NCBI GenBank assembly: GCA_040285825.1
Contig: JAUPSS010000007.1
Location: 124,001 to 188,000 of the forward strand
Length of the DNA: 64,000 nt
Direction of reading: 5' to 3'
DNA from: Eukaryota sp. TZLM1-RC
Lineage: Eukaryota > Protista > Metamonada: BaSk clade
Shown here: positions 12,836 through 25,897 of the stretch, piece after piece
Layout: each line of letters starts with the position of its first letter
How positions within the stretch are numbered: the stretch's first letter is position 1
Notes under the pieces: model-generated
The model's input: only the letters and a program-made list of their open reading frames with translations
What the model was told of the DNA's origin: nothing
Database searches by the model: none
Position numbers and translations under genes: made by a program

Positions 12836-13965
12836 GAGAGGAAGAATATAATTAAGATCCATTATTTTGAAAATCAAATGACCCTCAACAATCGTTGATG
12901 ATCATTGCATTACTCAACTGATATGACCTATGGTACATGTTGTAAATTTCTAAATATTAAGTTTTTTACATTGTCTCTATCAAATAGGAAAAAAATATTT
13001 TGAATCATTGACTCAAGGTTATTGATTCTCATTGAGGCAAGAGAGCACGAGAGCACAGAATGTAGTCTCAAAAACTGATCAAATGATCAATGATTTGCAA
13101 ATAACTGCTGCGTTTCTGGTGTTTTCTGAACTTTGCTTCTCAAAAGTTATTTGGTTCTTTCTTTCCAAGATGTGCAAATTCGTTTTAATTTTAATTCTTT
13201 TCAATAAACAGAAAATTAGGTTTTGTTAACTGGGTCTATTGTTGTATTGGGACCTTCTTTAAAGGAGCCCTTCCACCTATCAACAGTCCCATCGTAATGG
13301 TGAGCTGTTTTGTAAAGGGGCTATTGCAATGCAGTTCAAGGGTTTCAATTTCCCCATTTTGCATTTGTTATCAACTTATCTTCAAATTAGTCCCATCTCT
13401 CTTGGTTTAGTCCTTGTACTCTAACCCCTTTCCTTGCAAAGCTTTCTTGCCAATTGTCCTAGTGGACTTATCGTTGAGAATAACTTGAATTAGACAGCAC
13501 CTTTTCCTCGTCTATCCTGATGTCTTCCTCGTTGGTTTCTCGTTCATTCACTCATGTCTTTGGAACGGTTGATTCTTCTTCAAAATCACTGTGACCTCCC
13601 TTGATCTTCGCGACATTCTCTTCTCTTTCAGCTAATGGTCAGGATTTGTTATCCTTTGCACTCCACTCCTCTTTTTCCCATACTAGTTGTTATTGAATTT
13701 TTCTTGCTTTATTTTATAATATATTTTTTCATTTGTGAACTCTTTGGAGTACTTGCTCTTATTACCGGCATTTAAACCATTGAAGCTTGAATTGATCAAT
13801 TTTGTTGGGATACGGTGGGAATTGAACCCGTGAGCTTTGCTTTGGAAAGAATTTTATAACTTTTGAAAATATTTAACTACTTTAGTCATCCTTTTTTTCA
13901 CATTTCTAGATAACTGTTTTTCTTTTCTTTTTATGTTTTTTCTTATTTCCTGGAATGATTTATTT

Positions 13966-14173
13966 TGACCCGATCGATTAGGTCCTAAATTTGAGAGTCT
14001 CCACCAAATATTGAGAGTAATTCTCTTTATTTAGAGTCTCTAATCATAAATACATAAACGACTGAGTTATCATCAATCATTTAGTTTTTAACTGTTTGAG
14101 GTTGATTACGGTCAAGAAAGATCTGATTACGTGTGTCTGTATAGTCTACATGCTTTTGGATCTTTGTAGGTTT
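13966..14173 (-). repeat. Dispersed ~170-200 bp repeat, copy 1 (LTR-U5 + PBS-like)
   Basis: Reverse complement of the sequences at 31044-31218 and 43002-43206. On the minus strand it reads AATAAA...CTCTCAATA-TT-TGGTGGAGA. Confidence 0.75.
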
Positions 14174-14859
14174 AATACTTGCATTAATTCTTTTGGAGAA
14201 ATTGTTGGGTCAATATGGGGATGCATCAGGTAATAAACTACGGATAAAGGAAACAGGTTGTTTATTACAGCGGGTGTGAATAATCAAGAGAAATTATACG
14301 AGAGTCTAGATAAATAAGTGATGATGTGGCATCACGTGATAACTGTAAAATACAAATAACTATCTAACTATGGCGAGGATCCGACAAAATGGTAAATTGA
14401 CAATACTTTGTTAGAAAATTGGGATATGCAAAGCTCTCTCCAAAGACCCAACGTCGTAAAGCTTGTTCAAGGTCTCTTCTTGTTTCAAAGGAATATAAAG
14501 GCGGTTTAGTAACGAAGTTTTGATCGGACATTATGAGAAACAAGTCCTAAGTAGAGGATCTAGTGAATACAAAGACACGGAAAAAATGGTCGTGTGAAAG
14601 TGTTGTCAATTTATTGAAAGTTGTCAGGTGACTTGTCTATTTACCATTTCTTTTTTTATGATTTAGTTTGAGGGTTTGTATTTTCCTGTTTGTCTTGTAT
14701 GAATCAATTCTTGTGCTCCTTTGAGCCATTGTTGTTGGAACATTTTTTTGTTATTCATATTATCTTTCTCCACTTTAATTAGTCCTCACTTTCGATGCTG
14801 ACTGTGTAATACAAAATCATTACCAGAATTAAATGAGATTCTAATCATTCACGGGACGT

Positions 14860-15400
14860 AGTTGTTTTAATGACAGTTAAAAAGAATTGAAGAGCTTTCT
14901 CTGGAGTTGGATGATACTAGCTATTATATCATTTGGTGTTTTATCGCCTTGGTGTCATTGTTTATAAAAGGACCCAGACTCATGGATAACTATTGGTCAG
15001 TCAAGTCCATGGGAGAAACTGAAAAATGTACCACAGTTTATGAGAAGGGAAGAGACACCATAACATATATCAAGACCAACAAACAACCAATCACTATTAT
15101 TTATTTGATGTACATACGGCATGGTACTGTCTTCACAAGGGCTTGCATTTCTACTAGTTCAACCATCTGAGGACACAAAAGTTTGGACCATTTGAACATC
15201 ATTTCAAGGAGCAACTGCTTCCTCTAGTGATGTTCCCCTTATCCTCGTTGATAATATTCAACCTTGTGTTCCATAAGTTCTATAAGGTCTTCAGTTGATT
15301 TATACTGTTGATTATTGTTCTATCGAAATTGACCGGGACAAAAACGATGGGAAACTGCTCCCTATGCGAAACTGCTCGCAAAATTCAAATCAAACTTGTC
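14860..15400 (+). mobile_element. Decayed hAT transposase fragment
   Basis: EKGRDTITYIKTNKQP...FLLVQPSEDTK resembles the ...NHQ...LLLVKPGETRF segment of the hAT at 37033. Many frameshifts. Confidence 0.45.
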
Positions 15401-15482
15401 AGAGCACTGACAGTACTGAAAATATTGTGAACTCTAGTAGTTATAATATGTGTTGTAATGTTGTGTAAAGAAGTAAAAGAAT

Positions 15483-15929
15483 TTATTGATCAAAATAAGA
15501 TTTCTCTGAATTGTACTGGCACCAAATACAGTAAGGATCCTCTTCAGTTGGAGGGTCCGGATCATTAAGATCTAAATATTCATCATCCTTATTGCTTATG
15601 TTGAGGAGATGATGAGCACGAGAGCGATTATTTCTGCAAGTATCACAGCGATGACGATTGTGGGCTGCACAGACAGTGGCTCCACCATAAGTCTCACCTA
15701 CTGATTGTGAGGATGAGAGTTCTGAACATATACGTTCAGCATCAGACCAGTCTTGAACTGGTGAGAGACCTGGTCGAGAAGGTGAGGGAGGGCAAATGGG
15801 TTGCTGTGATAAGTAGAATAAGGACATACAGTTGCCATATTTGCTCAATTTGGAGTGTGTACGTGCCAGTTGGAAAGACTTCACGGGAGAGATACTGAAG
15901 TTAGTGAATGTGTCGGGTCCGACATACAT
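15483..15929 (-). CDS. Cys/His-rich small ORF, homologous to the sequence directly downstream of the CRESS Rep at 42070-42345
   Basis: QPICPPSPSRPG.SPV.DWSDAE...SSQS.GE..GG...C..HNR.R...KDDEYLDLNDP is shared between the two loci. CxxH..CxxC and CxxC motifs are present. Confidence 0.55.
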   Translation of the reverse strand: MYVGPDTFTNFSISPVKSFQLARTHSKLSKYGNCMSLFYLSQQPICPPSPSRPGLSPVQDWSDAERICSELSSSQSVGETYGGATVCAAHNRHRCDTCRNNRSRAHHLLNISNKDDEYLDLNDPDPPTEEDPYCIWCQYNSEKSYFDQ

Positions 15930-16789
15930 TGTTAATCATGATGAAAATAATAAGATATGAAAATTGGAAATTTCATTTATGTTATTTCAAAATTTGAACA
16001 TTATGATAGTGTGAACGTTAGTTTTGGATATTTCAGCAATAATTTGGAATTGGAAGCAATAGTCTCTATTTGTCTTTAAACAAAGCATTGTAAAACTTGA
16101 CATTTGTCTTTTGATGGGGACGGACCTGAACAGAAAAGTTAGGAAAATTTTGATCAAAATTTGAAGAAGGACAATTTTGTGAAGACAAGCAGTTGTTCTA
16201 GATTTTATTTAAGCCAAAGTAGCTTCAGGGTGTATTACTTTGTTCTTCTTCTTAGCTTTCTCAGTGAAATGGGAAGAGAGTAATTCAGGAGTAACTTTTC
16301 CAACGTCTTGGTATAAGAAAAATTGGCGTAGGTGGTTGTTGGTAGTTGTTCCAAAACGTCGAGCTCCAACTACAAGATAGTAGTATACTTGGATTTGTAC
16401 GGAATTTGGTGTACCAAACACAACTAAATGATATTTTATTTATGGAAGTGAATGAAATGTGAAAGAGGGCGTGGTCTTTTCTTGAGATGAAATCTTCAGG
16501 TGTTTTGGGCAGAATTTATTATATAATGAATTTAATGTAAGGTTCGCCAGCATCAGTGATCTTGATCAATCATTAAACGTAAAAGCACAGATGTTTATAA
16601 CTATAAAGACAATAATCAAAGAAAACTGATTTGCATTTTCCTTTACTCATTGATGACATACTGGTAACACATCATCCTTTTAATGTGGAAATTTATTGGC
16701 CTTAAGCCTACATTCCTGCATTTCCATTTTGGGCTACACATTTTTTGTGGTATGCCCTTTTCATGTCTGCTGCAAAAATCATTACTGCC

Positions 16790-18150
16790 CTTTTTTCCAC
16801 CTCTGACGTAATACTAAACAATGAAACTGTCTAAGGTCTTTTCACCTCCCATTCTGTTACGTTATCCGGTGCAAACAATGCGAAAGTCAAACCAGTTCCT
16901 TTCTGCTTTCGAGTTAGAAGTCACCATACTCAGCAATCTTCTTGCCAATAGAGATCAGTATTGCCACCATTGCAACATACTCAGATCATTGGTGAATTAT
17001 GACGCTTTTTTTGTTGGACCCAATTTCTCTTCAGTGACTCTACACAAGGTATTTTGGTATTTTTGCTGTGGAATCATGTATCAAAATTCCGGTGAGTAGA
17101 CAGATATACATGCAGTTCAGCAACCATTCTTCCGTTTCGGTTGTCAGCTGACCTATTCTGTGATAATGAAGTAGTTCTTCTTTTTGGAAATCAATCAGGG
17201 AGATAACGGCCTTCCATAATCCAATAATTCTCAGTGTATGTTTCGTTACATAGTTTGCAGCGAAACCGGGCGCTAGATTTCGCGACGACTTCAGTAATCT
17301 CAGACAGATTCATGCACATTTCACAGAGAAGTGATGTCATGGAGGCCAGATGTTTGATACAATGCTATTATTTTACCTTGTGTAGCACCATAGATCATGG
17401 TTCCATGGATACGTTCCATGTTTCCATTGTGCGATTTTCATATGTGGTCTTTGCTGTGGAGTAGCTTTTCTATGGTCATTATATTTTCCTTTAAGTTAGA
17501 GTTATGAAAATCATAAATTCCAGAGAGACGTCTCGACTCAAATTCCGCTTCAGTCGGGTGACTATATGTTTTTTTGACTTTTCGGTGAACATACACTGCA
17601 AAGAATCATCATTTGAAAAATTGGTATAGTTGATAAATTTAGATTTATTAAAAATCCGATAAGGGTTGTCCAGTAGCTCTTTGGTTTCATTTAGCTTTGT
17701 GAAATAAGATTTGACTTCTTCATCCAAACTGCAGATGCATGGAGACCAACTGGATATAGGCGAAAAAGTGCCTTCTCATAACCTCAGGGCAGTTATCTTC
17801 TAGAAAAGTTAAATTATTCTCTTAGAAGATGTTTGTAGAGCTATTCAGTCCAAGCAGCTGTCACCACAGTGACAGTGATAGAGACTGGTGGTTTCGGCAA
17901 CGTTTTTGGTGAGGTATAGCGAATTGGACCTGGGTCATTGTGTAAAATAGGCAGAGCAAACACTACAATACCGATATGTACCTTTTTTTCGGTAATCTAC
18001 CCTGGGCGAGATTCGGCTCATGTTCGTCTTTTGTGATATCTGGTTTGAGGCGAATTAAACATCTGGCGTTTCCTAAGAACTTCAACACGCTGTGGTCAGG
18101 TTTTGCAGAAAGAAGTAAGCTTTCCGTATTGTATGCCTTCCTATTCTCTG
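16790..18150 (-). mobile_element. Decayed hAT transposase pseudogene
   Basis: Minus-strand remnants TVVTAAWT, SPCICSLD and RFAANYV, plus the dimerisation domain QWW..LARRLLSMVTSNSKAERNW..F..V.T..RNRMGGEK. Confidence 0.75.
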
Positions 18151-18508
18151 ATGTGACTCTAGAGAGGAAATGAGGTGAAATGAGTAAGAGAAAGTCTTTT
18201 ATTTTTATATATTGGCTGCAGAAGGTGAAAGATTGTCTTCAAGCATCCGTCATACTACAATTAATCACCTATTCATTGTAAACGTAACAATGAGATGTGA
18301 GAGTTGTTCTGTAGAGACCTCGTAGACACTGGTTTTTATTTTATTGCGAAGCTCAATTTCACGAAAATAAATTAATGTTATTGCAGATTATTTTAGACTC
18401 TACATTAATGTACCACTGAACGTTCCATAAATTCATTTATTTTGCTTGAATGTACCACCTTCCTTTTCAAAACTTTCTTCTCACTTGATTTTGATACTAC
18501 ATTTATCT

Positions 18509-21500
18509 TGATGGAGTTCACAGACTTGAAGGCAGATAATCTTAAAGATCTTACAACTTCACTTTATGAAAGATGCTTCGCAGCAGGTTATGCCCTTATC
18601 ATCGGTCATTCTTCAGAATACACCGTCAATTTATATGTGAGAAGGGAGGCAGTCCAAGATGTAAAAAGTTCGGAGGTAAAACGAGGGAAACGGGTTGCAA
18701 CTTTAGTGTTCGAGTTACGCACACTGAATCTGGATGGCAGGTTGTCAGTCAAAGTACGTCCCACAATCATCAGTCCTATACTTGTTTGTCCGCCAGTAGA
18801 AGTTTTCGGCAATACTACAAAGATCTTTTTAACGACACAATTGAGACTTTACTGCTAGCTATTTGTAAACCACGTGCTATTCTTGATCGACTCATCGCCT
18901 TAGATCCAAAATGTCCCCTAAGACGTATCGATATTTCCAACGTGAAAGCTACCTTGATGAAGAATCAAAAGGTACATTTGCCTACAATAAAGGCAATGGT
19001 CGACCACCTCAAGAATGAGTCTTTGATTTCTGTGAGAACTCTGATTCATACTGACGACGAAGGAAGCTTACGTAACTGCATGATGTCCTTTAAACCATTG
19101 GTAGACATTGTCAATTCGAATCCTTACGTGCTGATGATGAATTGCACCTATAAAACGAACCAATATGGTTTGTCTTTATTGGTTGTAATGACCTTTCAAC
19201 TTGTATGACTTCAATTCCCATTGCGTTTATTTTTCTTTCGTGGGAATCAGAAGAGGACTACATTTGGGCACTAGCTGCTTTAAAATATGGGTCAGGGACA
19301 CACCTACCCACTTTTTTGAAAAGTGAAACACACCTACCCACTGCTGAATTTTTTGGTACTTCTGTACTCAATTGTTTTAAGGAAACTTATCCATCCCGAT
19401 TTGTTTGATGATGTAATCATGTTTGTGTTTCTTAATTACTTGGTACGTTCACCAAACTCATCTCAAACATCAAATAAACCGTTTATGGACATGTTAAGCA
19501 TACGATAAACCTCCCTAATCTCTATTGATCTTCAACTAAGTCATCCAATGCAGAAGATTCTTCCGATTCACTCCAATCTGAATCATCGCTGCTGCCTTCT
19601 ACACCAAACTGCTGGCGGACGAGTGTGAGTTCTGGAACTTCACTGTCTGGTATCTCTCCTCCATCTCTTTGTTTCTTCTTTCTCTGCCCTTCTCCAGCTC
19701 GGAACCGTCGTTGACGTGGTCTTCCTCTTTGCCTTACAACTTGTGGTGCTTGAGTTTCTGTCTCTTTTAGTTCATTACTTAGGTCTACTGGCATAATTCC
19801 CTCCTCGTAAGTTCTGGCATAATTCTCTCTCAAATAATAAAGGTTCACTGCACTCACTATGTTTTTGTCCATATATAAAAGTACTGCCACCGCATGAACA
19901 CAAGGGTATCCATATTGGTCCCAAAATCCACATGAACAACATTGTTTGCTCAAATCCACCAACCATGATTTTTCATGCTGTGTAACCTTCAGCACTGAAC
20001 CTTCCCCTCCCCTGGAAATTGTCACAACTTCTCAACTGCGAGCTTCAACAACAGTGCTCTTCAACTTTGCCCACAATGATTTGCAAACAATGGATGTTGT
20101 GTTCATCGCTTCAGTTCTTCTTTCCTCAAACCATTTTTTCAGTTTCAAGCAAATTTCGTTGATCATACTAACAAGAGGCATACCTCTTGCTCCAAGAAGC
20201 CAAGCATTCAAGCTTTCAACTACATTGGACGTCAAATGTCCGTAACGGAGTCCTTCGAAATAACAGGTTGCCCAATGATGTTTTCCAGCCTTTATCAGTT
20301 TCTCATACACTGGTTTTGATTGACAACGGATTTCATTCATTATGAGATCAAATTCGTCAGTTGTTGTAGCTCTAGCTGCACTCCAAATAAATCATGTGAA
20401 CCTCGCCCCCATATTTTTGGTCAAATGGCGAACACAAAAAGCGTAGCAACCGCATCGCAAAGTCCTTTTTCTCTGTCGGAAACAATGGTGTTGATATCTG
20501 AACCATATGCATCACGAAAACGTTGACAAAACCAGGTCCAGTTGTCTTTGTTTTCAGTCGACACTACTGCAAAGGCCAGTGGAAACAAATGGTCCTCTGC
20601 ATTAATGGACGTGGATGTCAACAACACTTGTTTATGTTTGGTTTTCAAGTGCGTCCCATCCAGAACAACCATTGAACGACAAAATGCAAATCCCTTGATT
20701 GTACCTTGCAGCGCTATGAAGAGTCGTCTAAAAATGTCAGTTGTATCCTTTTCAAGATCAATAACACTTCCGGGGTTTCTTTGACTTAAAAGTTCCAAGT
20801 AGTGGTCAAGTTTTTTGTAGCTTGATTCTTCAGTTCCATAAAGACTGGTTTTAATCGTGTTCCGTACCCGCTTAACAGTGTGCTTGGGAAGTATAAATCC
20901 AGCCGCTGTGTTTAAATCCACTTTCAAATGCTTGGAGCTGATGGCAGGATCTTTTTGGATTTTTGTACGAATGGATGTCAAAGAGGCAAGGTAATCTGTG
21001 GAAGGAGGAAGAATCTTGTAGGAAGAAGTTAGATTACCATCACAGGAATGAGCTTTATACCGCTTAACCTCATAAGGAGTTGTTGTAGAAGCGGATTTAG
21101 GTCGTGTAGCATAGCATTCAAACGTACATCTTTTATTTTTGCAACGAGCATAAATTCTTGTATGTTCAGACTTTTTGTAGACACAATAGGCACTGCTCTG
21201 GACACAATCTAGCCGAATCAGTTCCTTTATGATTTCCATCGAAGCCAGGGAACCGATTTTCAAGAGATAATCGGTGTTGTTATGTTTGAGAGTTATAGTT
21301 GATTCAGCAACAACGGAAGAGGTTGTTGTCATGTCCAATCTGCAAAGAAGTCCTATCAGTAAAAAAGTGGGTAGATGTGTACTTTTCCCTGAAAATATTT
21401 ATTTCCATCTCTGTCTCACACAGAAACTTTTTTGACAGATCGTGAACCAGCATTGGCGACTGCAATCGGGACAATTTTTCCATCTGCCAAACATCGACTT

Positions 21501-21590
21501 TGTCTCTGGCATATCAACAAAAATGTTGAAACTCAATTGAGAAGGTACGTACGTGATAACTCGTTGGAAAAGAAGGCACTCAAACGGGCG
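18509..21590 (+). mobile_element. MULE (FAR1/Hop-like) transposase pseudogene interrupted by a nested element
   Basis: CEKGG..TRETGCNF..W...HNH (FAR1-type), VLMMNCTYKTNQYGL and IAFIFLSWESEEDYIWAL precede 19289. LTDREPAL..AI...FP.AKHRLCLWHINKNV resumes after 21398. Confidence 0.88.
19289..21389 (-). mobile_element. Complete-ended MuDR-type MULE (2101 bp) with SWIM-finger transposase pseudogene
   Basis: Imperfect 29-bp TIRs (19289-19317 and 21361-21389) and a 9-bp TSD TTAAAATAT/TGAAAATAT. ORF pieces 20421-21338 (LDGTHLK, SDREKGL), 20032-20340 (TSNVVESLN) and 19522-20025 (CSCGFWDQYGYPCVH SWIM; RGRPR). Confidence 0.93.
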
Positions 21591-22590
21591 TCTAGCGAGC
21601 AAATTTCCAGTGTTTCCAATGCTTTTGTTGTTTGGAGCGGGGGCTGCTTTTTGGCAGGATGGGCAGCTTTCAACGTGGTGCTTTAGGTCTTCTAGCATGT
21701 TGGGCCACCAAAAGTCACTGTGTTTTAATCTTTTCAGTGAATCTTTCTTGGACGGCTGTCCGGCACTTGGCAGTCCGTGACTGTGGTTAAGAATTTCTTT
21801 CCTGGAGGATTTGGGTGTGATAATTTTGTTTTCGGCGTTGAATAGTAAATTTAGTTTCTCATTTGATCTTAGCTCGTTTCTGGCTCTCAGTTCATCTGCG
21901 ATTCTTCTGAATTCGTCATCTTCTTCGTCTTTCTGGGCTTTGACAAACTTAGATAACCAATTTTCTTCATCATTATAGTTGGCTTTTAGGTTCTTCACTT
22001 CTTGTACCAATCCGGGATGGGATAGGTGGCATAGTAATGACCAGTAGTTTCTTTGATGTTTCGGGGTATAATCGTTTTAGGGTCAGGCACTTCTTCGGAC
22101 GGTCTAGCTTCTTCGTCGTGAGAGCTTTTCTCTTCTTCAGCTTCTCGGGTTCTTCTAAGAATTTCTTCGTTGTCAAAAGCGGTTCTTGGTCTTAAACTTT
22201 TGTATCATCGGAGTGTCTTCTTCTACCATACTTGTCTTTCTGAAACTTTCAATGTTTTTTAATACCGAGTCTAAGGTTAATCTACCAGGTCGCCTGGGGC
22301 AATCAGCGTCAACCAACCCTCTAGACGACGCATCGAGTGGAGAACTAATTCTCCTCAGCGAAGACGGCCTTTTTACGGTAGGGAAAGGAGCTTTCCTCTG
22401 GAAAGATTTCTTGGAAACGGGTTTTAAAACTTTTAGAGTTTCTTCAGGTTTTTTGATATCCGTTGGCACTAATCGTGATAATAAGTCGGCGAAAGCGTTT
22501 TCTTTACCATCTACATGGTGAATTTCTTGATCAAATGAGGCTAGCAGGGGAATCCATCTTTTTACGATTCTATTGTTTTCAGGTGCTGCG
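21585..22590 (-). mobile_element. Ty3/gypsy pol fragment (RNase H C-terminus, linker, integrase zinc finger)
   Basis: RIVKRWIPLLASFDQEIHHVDGKENAFADLLSR (RNase H end) and ILNHSHG...FWWPNMLEDLKHHVESCPSCQK...RPFE (integrase HHCC). Confidence 0.88.
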
Positions 22591-22730
22591 TCCAGCTACC
22601 TGTATTAAAGGTTGACAAAACTGACTTCCTTCAATTGATCCACCAAATGCAATGAAAGGACGCTTGAAAGAGTTGTTAGGTTCTTTTTCCAACACACAGC
22701 TGGTTCCAGGGTTGATGTCCTCAAATCTCC
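22590..22730 (-). mobile_element. Short MuDR-type MULE transposase fragment
   Basis: NPGTSCVLEKEPNNSFKRPFIAFGGSIEGSQFCQP aligns with NPGSVIDLEKDTTDIFRRLFIALQGTIKGFAFCRS of the nested MULE. Confidence 0.7.
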
Positions 22731-23190
22731 AGTTTTAGAGAAACCTTGTGTCTTGCAACATCAACAAGAGCGTCGGCGTACTTACGGAGTGTCTTGGAAT
22801 TGATAGGCTTCATTTTGCCATAACACCGAGTCAGTTCAGAATCAACGAATGAGAATGGTTTAAGTTCAGTCATTACCCAGTCCATCCAAGCATAGATATT
22901 CTTGGCTTTATTTTCTTGAAAGTAGTTCGTAATGGATTTGTTGCTTTGAGACAGTAGTTGAGACGTTAAAGTATGGAAATCTGGAAGCGCAGTTCTGATG
23001 TGGGAAAGCAAGTTGGAAAATCCAGCACCTTTTTCCAAACGCCTAGTAGTAGAACAGTTTGGCACTTGACACTCCCAGACCTTCAATGTTATTCCTCTAG
23101 GAGAAGAAGGAAGTTCTCCAAACACGGGTTGTTCACGTTTAAAGAGTGTAGTGGCTACCACTTTGTTTGAAACTGTATGGATTGTCGGAA
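22730..23190 (-). mobile_element. hAT-type transposase N-terminus with BED-like zinc finger
   Basis: WECQVPNCSTTRRLEKGAGFSNLLSHI...IYAWMDWVMTELKPFSFVDSELTR...KTLRKY. Confidence 0.75.
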
Positions 23191-24224
23191 ATCAGTGCTT
23201 GTCCAAATCCTCCCTCTGACCTTCCTAAACGAAAACCACAGCGAAAGCGCTTACACGATCTTTCTCCACTACTCGCCTACTAAGAAATTATGTGATGGCA
23301 ATCTTGTTCAACTTTTTTCATAGTCAGCAAAAATTGAAGTGGATCACAGGTGATGACGTGGCACTAGTTTCAATTCTGCAAAAATAATATAGGATACGGA
23401 AATGACCATCTTCTTTTACAGACATGGAATCGTGAGGTGTAGACACTACAGTCTTCTATTTTATAACATTATATCGGTTCTAGTTATTTATTGTTCAAAC
23501 TGCTATTGATATGGTCTTAGAAGATTAATAAAATGATACAAGTTCGTCTGATGAAGGAGTAATGGAAAGTTAGTGGACGTAGATGGTTACTAGACAGTTA
23601 GGGAAGCGTTTGCAACGGATCATCTTGGTTATGATTGTGAAAATGAGTTGGGATTTTAAGTTCTTAGTTTTATATATTATTGAATTGATAAATAGCAGCT
23701 TTTAATAAATACGTTTTTATAATTCAGTTTCAATTTAATGTGCTATTCAACACGAACAAAATTTGTAATATTTAATGTTTCGGAAACACAACGCGTTTCG
23801 TGCAACACTAAAAAAACTTTCTCTGAAACAATAATTAAAGTCAATTCCTGTACACTATAGAGTTTTCAATCATTCATTTTAACAATCTTCACAATGGTTT
23901 CATACACCAAAAATTCAGAAGCATTGTTCATCATTATGAATCCTCAGCACGCTTTATCTACATTCATGTCTCCTTCTGATCAGGGAAGATTAACCTGGCA
24001 GTATATTGCAAGTTGTGGGGTATTAAGATGGTGTCAGATGTTGCATAACAGCAAATCATGTGTGATGACGTGGCACTAGTTTTAATTCTGATTATTGTTC
24101 ATTAATAAAGATTTATTCCTTTGATCTGTACTGTGATTTGCAAAATTCACGGATTTCAAACAAATCCAATTCACACACACAAAATTCTTCTTCTTGCTTT
24201 AGGGGTTATGGGTTTGAAGTATGA

Positions 24225-24990
24225 TATGCTTCTCAACCCTTAAACTGATATACGTATTCTAAAGAACCATGCAACCGAAGATACTCAAGTCGGAGCCATT
24301 TATACATACTTATGGATTGACAAGACACAATCAGAAGTGGCTGAGTTCTTCCTTGTGTCTCAGTCTAAAATCTTGAGGTTGCTGGAAAGAGTTTTTTCTT
24401 CTCACAAATCAAAGTCCAAATATCTATGTGTTACAAGCAAATTCCGTGTGTCGCCACAATCAATGTAAATGTTTATCTACATTGTCACATTCAAGAAGGA
24501 CATTTTAACATAGATTCCTTCATCTATTTTATCAAATCACTGAAAAAGTTTGAATTTTGCTACAATCATGGTGGTCCCAGAAGGATAGTTCTGGAAAATT
24601 GTACCAGTCCCCATATATGAATTCATGTTTATTGTCACAATTGGGATAAAGGTTATTGATTAACTATTACTTGAATGCACTATTCTGTAGCATAGCTTTA
24701 GATTCCGGAATTTTCATTATTCCCAGAATTTTCAAAGAAAACTTTCAAAATTAAAAAAAAGGAGATACTTCAGGAGCTTACAGAACTGTCCTAAATGACA
24801 CAATGAAGAAATGGATCACGGGTGCAGATAAAGGCCAGGTTGCTTTTTGTGTAAAAGTAAACCATCGGAATATCAACAAGGCTAAATACAATACTTTTAT
24901 CGACGAACAGAACGAAATTGTAACTAATAAAGTCACTGTAGATGATCTTAAAGAAGCTAACTTAAATCTATATGCTGTACAAAAATAACG
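24225..24990 (+). mobile_element. IS630/Tc1-like transposase pseudogene
   Basis: HTH-like KTQSEVAEFFLVSQSKILRLL and DDE-region EGHFNIDSFIYFIKSL...GPRRIVLENC..H. Confidence 0.6.
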
Positions 24991-25086
24991 TAATATATAG
25001 GTCTTGTCAATGAATCTTCCAATTGTACCAAGTTCAGGGATCATGTTTTCAGATGTGATCGTGTTGGTGCTGTCGTCAAAGCTGAA

Positions 25087-25733
25087 ATGTCAATTAGGGA
25101 ATATAAAACAAATTTGGGAAAGCATACAACACAACTTAACATTTACAATTTGATGTTTTGTGAACAATACATTGAAGAATTGGAAACCAGCTTTGATACT
25201 ATTGTGAAAAAGAAGTTATATTTCTTGAAAAATTCTGACATCGTGATAGCTAGGTTGCTCAATGGAAATCTTCATGAAAGAAACATACTACTCTTCAGTA
25301 AATATCAGCACTTAATGTTGAGCTATTTTGACAAGTTTTCTCTATCTGAAGTACTTAAGGAAGAATACATGCACTTTACAACCAGTAATCTTGATCAAAA
25401 TATTGCCCCCAGTGTTTGGTGGTCTACTGTTGGATTTGGTTATTTTTCTCGACTGGGTGAGCTTGCAGCCAGAATCACCCAAGCTTCTGTTACTGATTCA
25501 TTTACGGAACGTGTTTGGACAAGAGAAGGTCTCCAATGAAGCATGAACACCTAAATCATGCCGTCAACTTGACTGTAAATCTTCCGCTAATGAATCAACC
25601 ACAAAAATTGTTATCTATGGGAGAAGTACAAGCATTGATGGATAATGAGTTACAGAGAAGTGTTGAGAAATCACAAGAATGGTTCGAAGAAAAGTTAGCA
25701 CACAATGATGGTATTGAAGAATGCTTTTGGTAG
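25087..25733 (+). mobile_element. hAT transposase C-terminal (dimerisation) fragment
   Basis: PSVWWSTVG...LGELAARITQASVTDSFTERVW...RRS.MKHE.LN..V....NL. Confidence 0.7.
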
Positions 25734-25897
25734 AGCCGTGCGATGCGTCCTGTCGACCGTTCCTATCTAACCTCGCTGTTCATGGAAGATGCGTGTATGT
25801 TTTTGAGCGAATTTCAAGACGTATCAGTCTGTAAGTTATAGCACTAACGTAACCCTTGTATCCCGTATCAATGACTAATTGATTCCTGATTTCAAAA

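Noticed and set aside
13805-13895. tRNA-like A/B boxes on the minus strand (GGGTTCAATTCCCAC)
   Set aside because: No consistent cloverleaf or acceptor stem; at most a decayed tRNA or SINE fragment.
14860-15420. Possible CRESS capsid gene converging on the Cys/His ORF
   Set aside because: The translated remnants fit a hAT transposase better (..ITYIKTNKQP..LLVQPSEDTK ~ LLVKPGETRF). There is no Arg-rich capsid N-terminus.
16807-16815. TAGTATTAC nonanucleotide on the minus strand (CRESS origin motif)
   Set aside because: It lies inside a hAT remnant, has no flanking stem, and is far from the rep.
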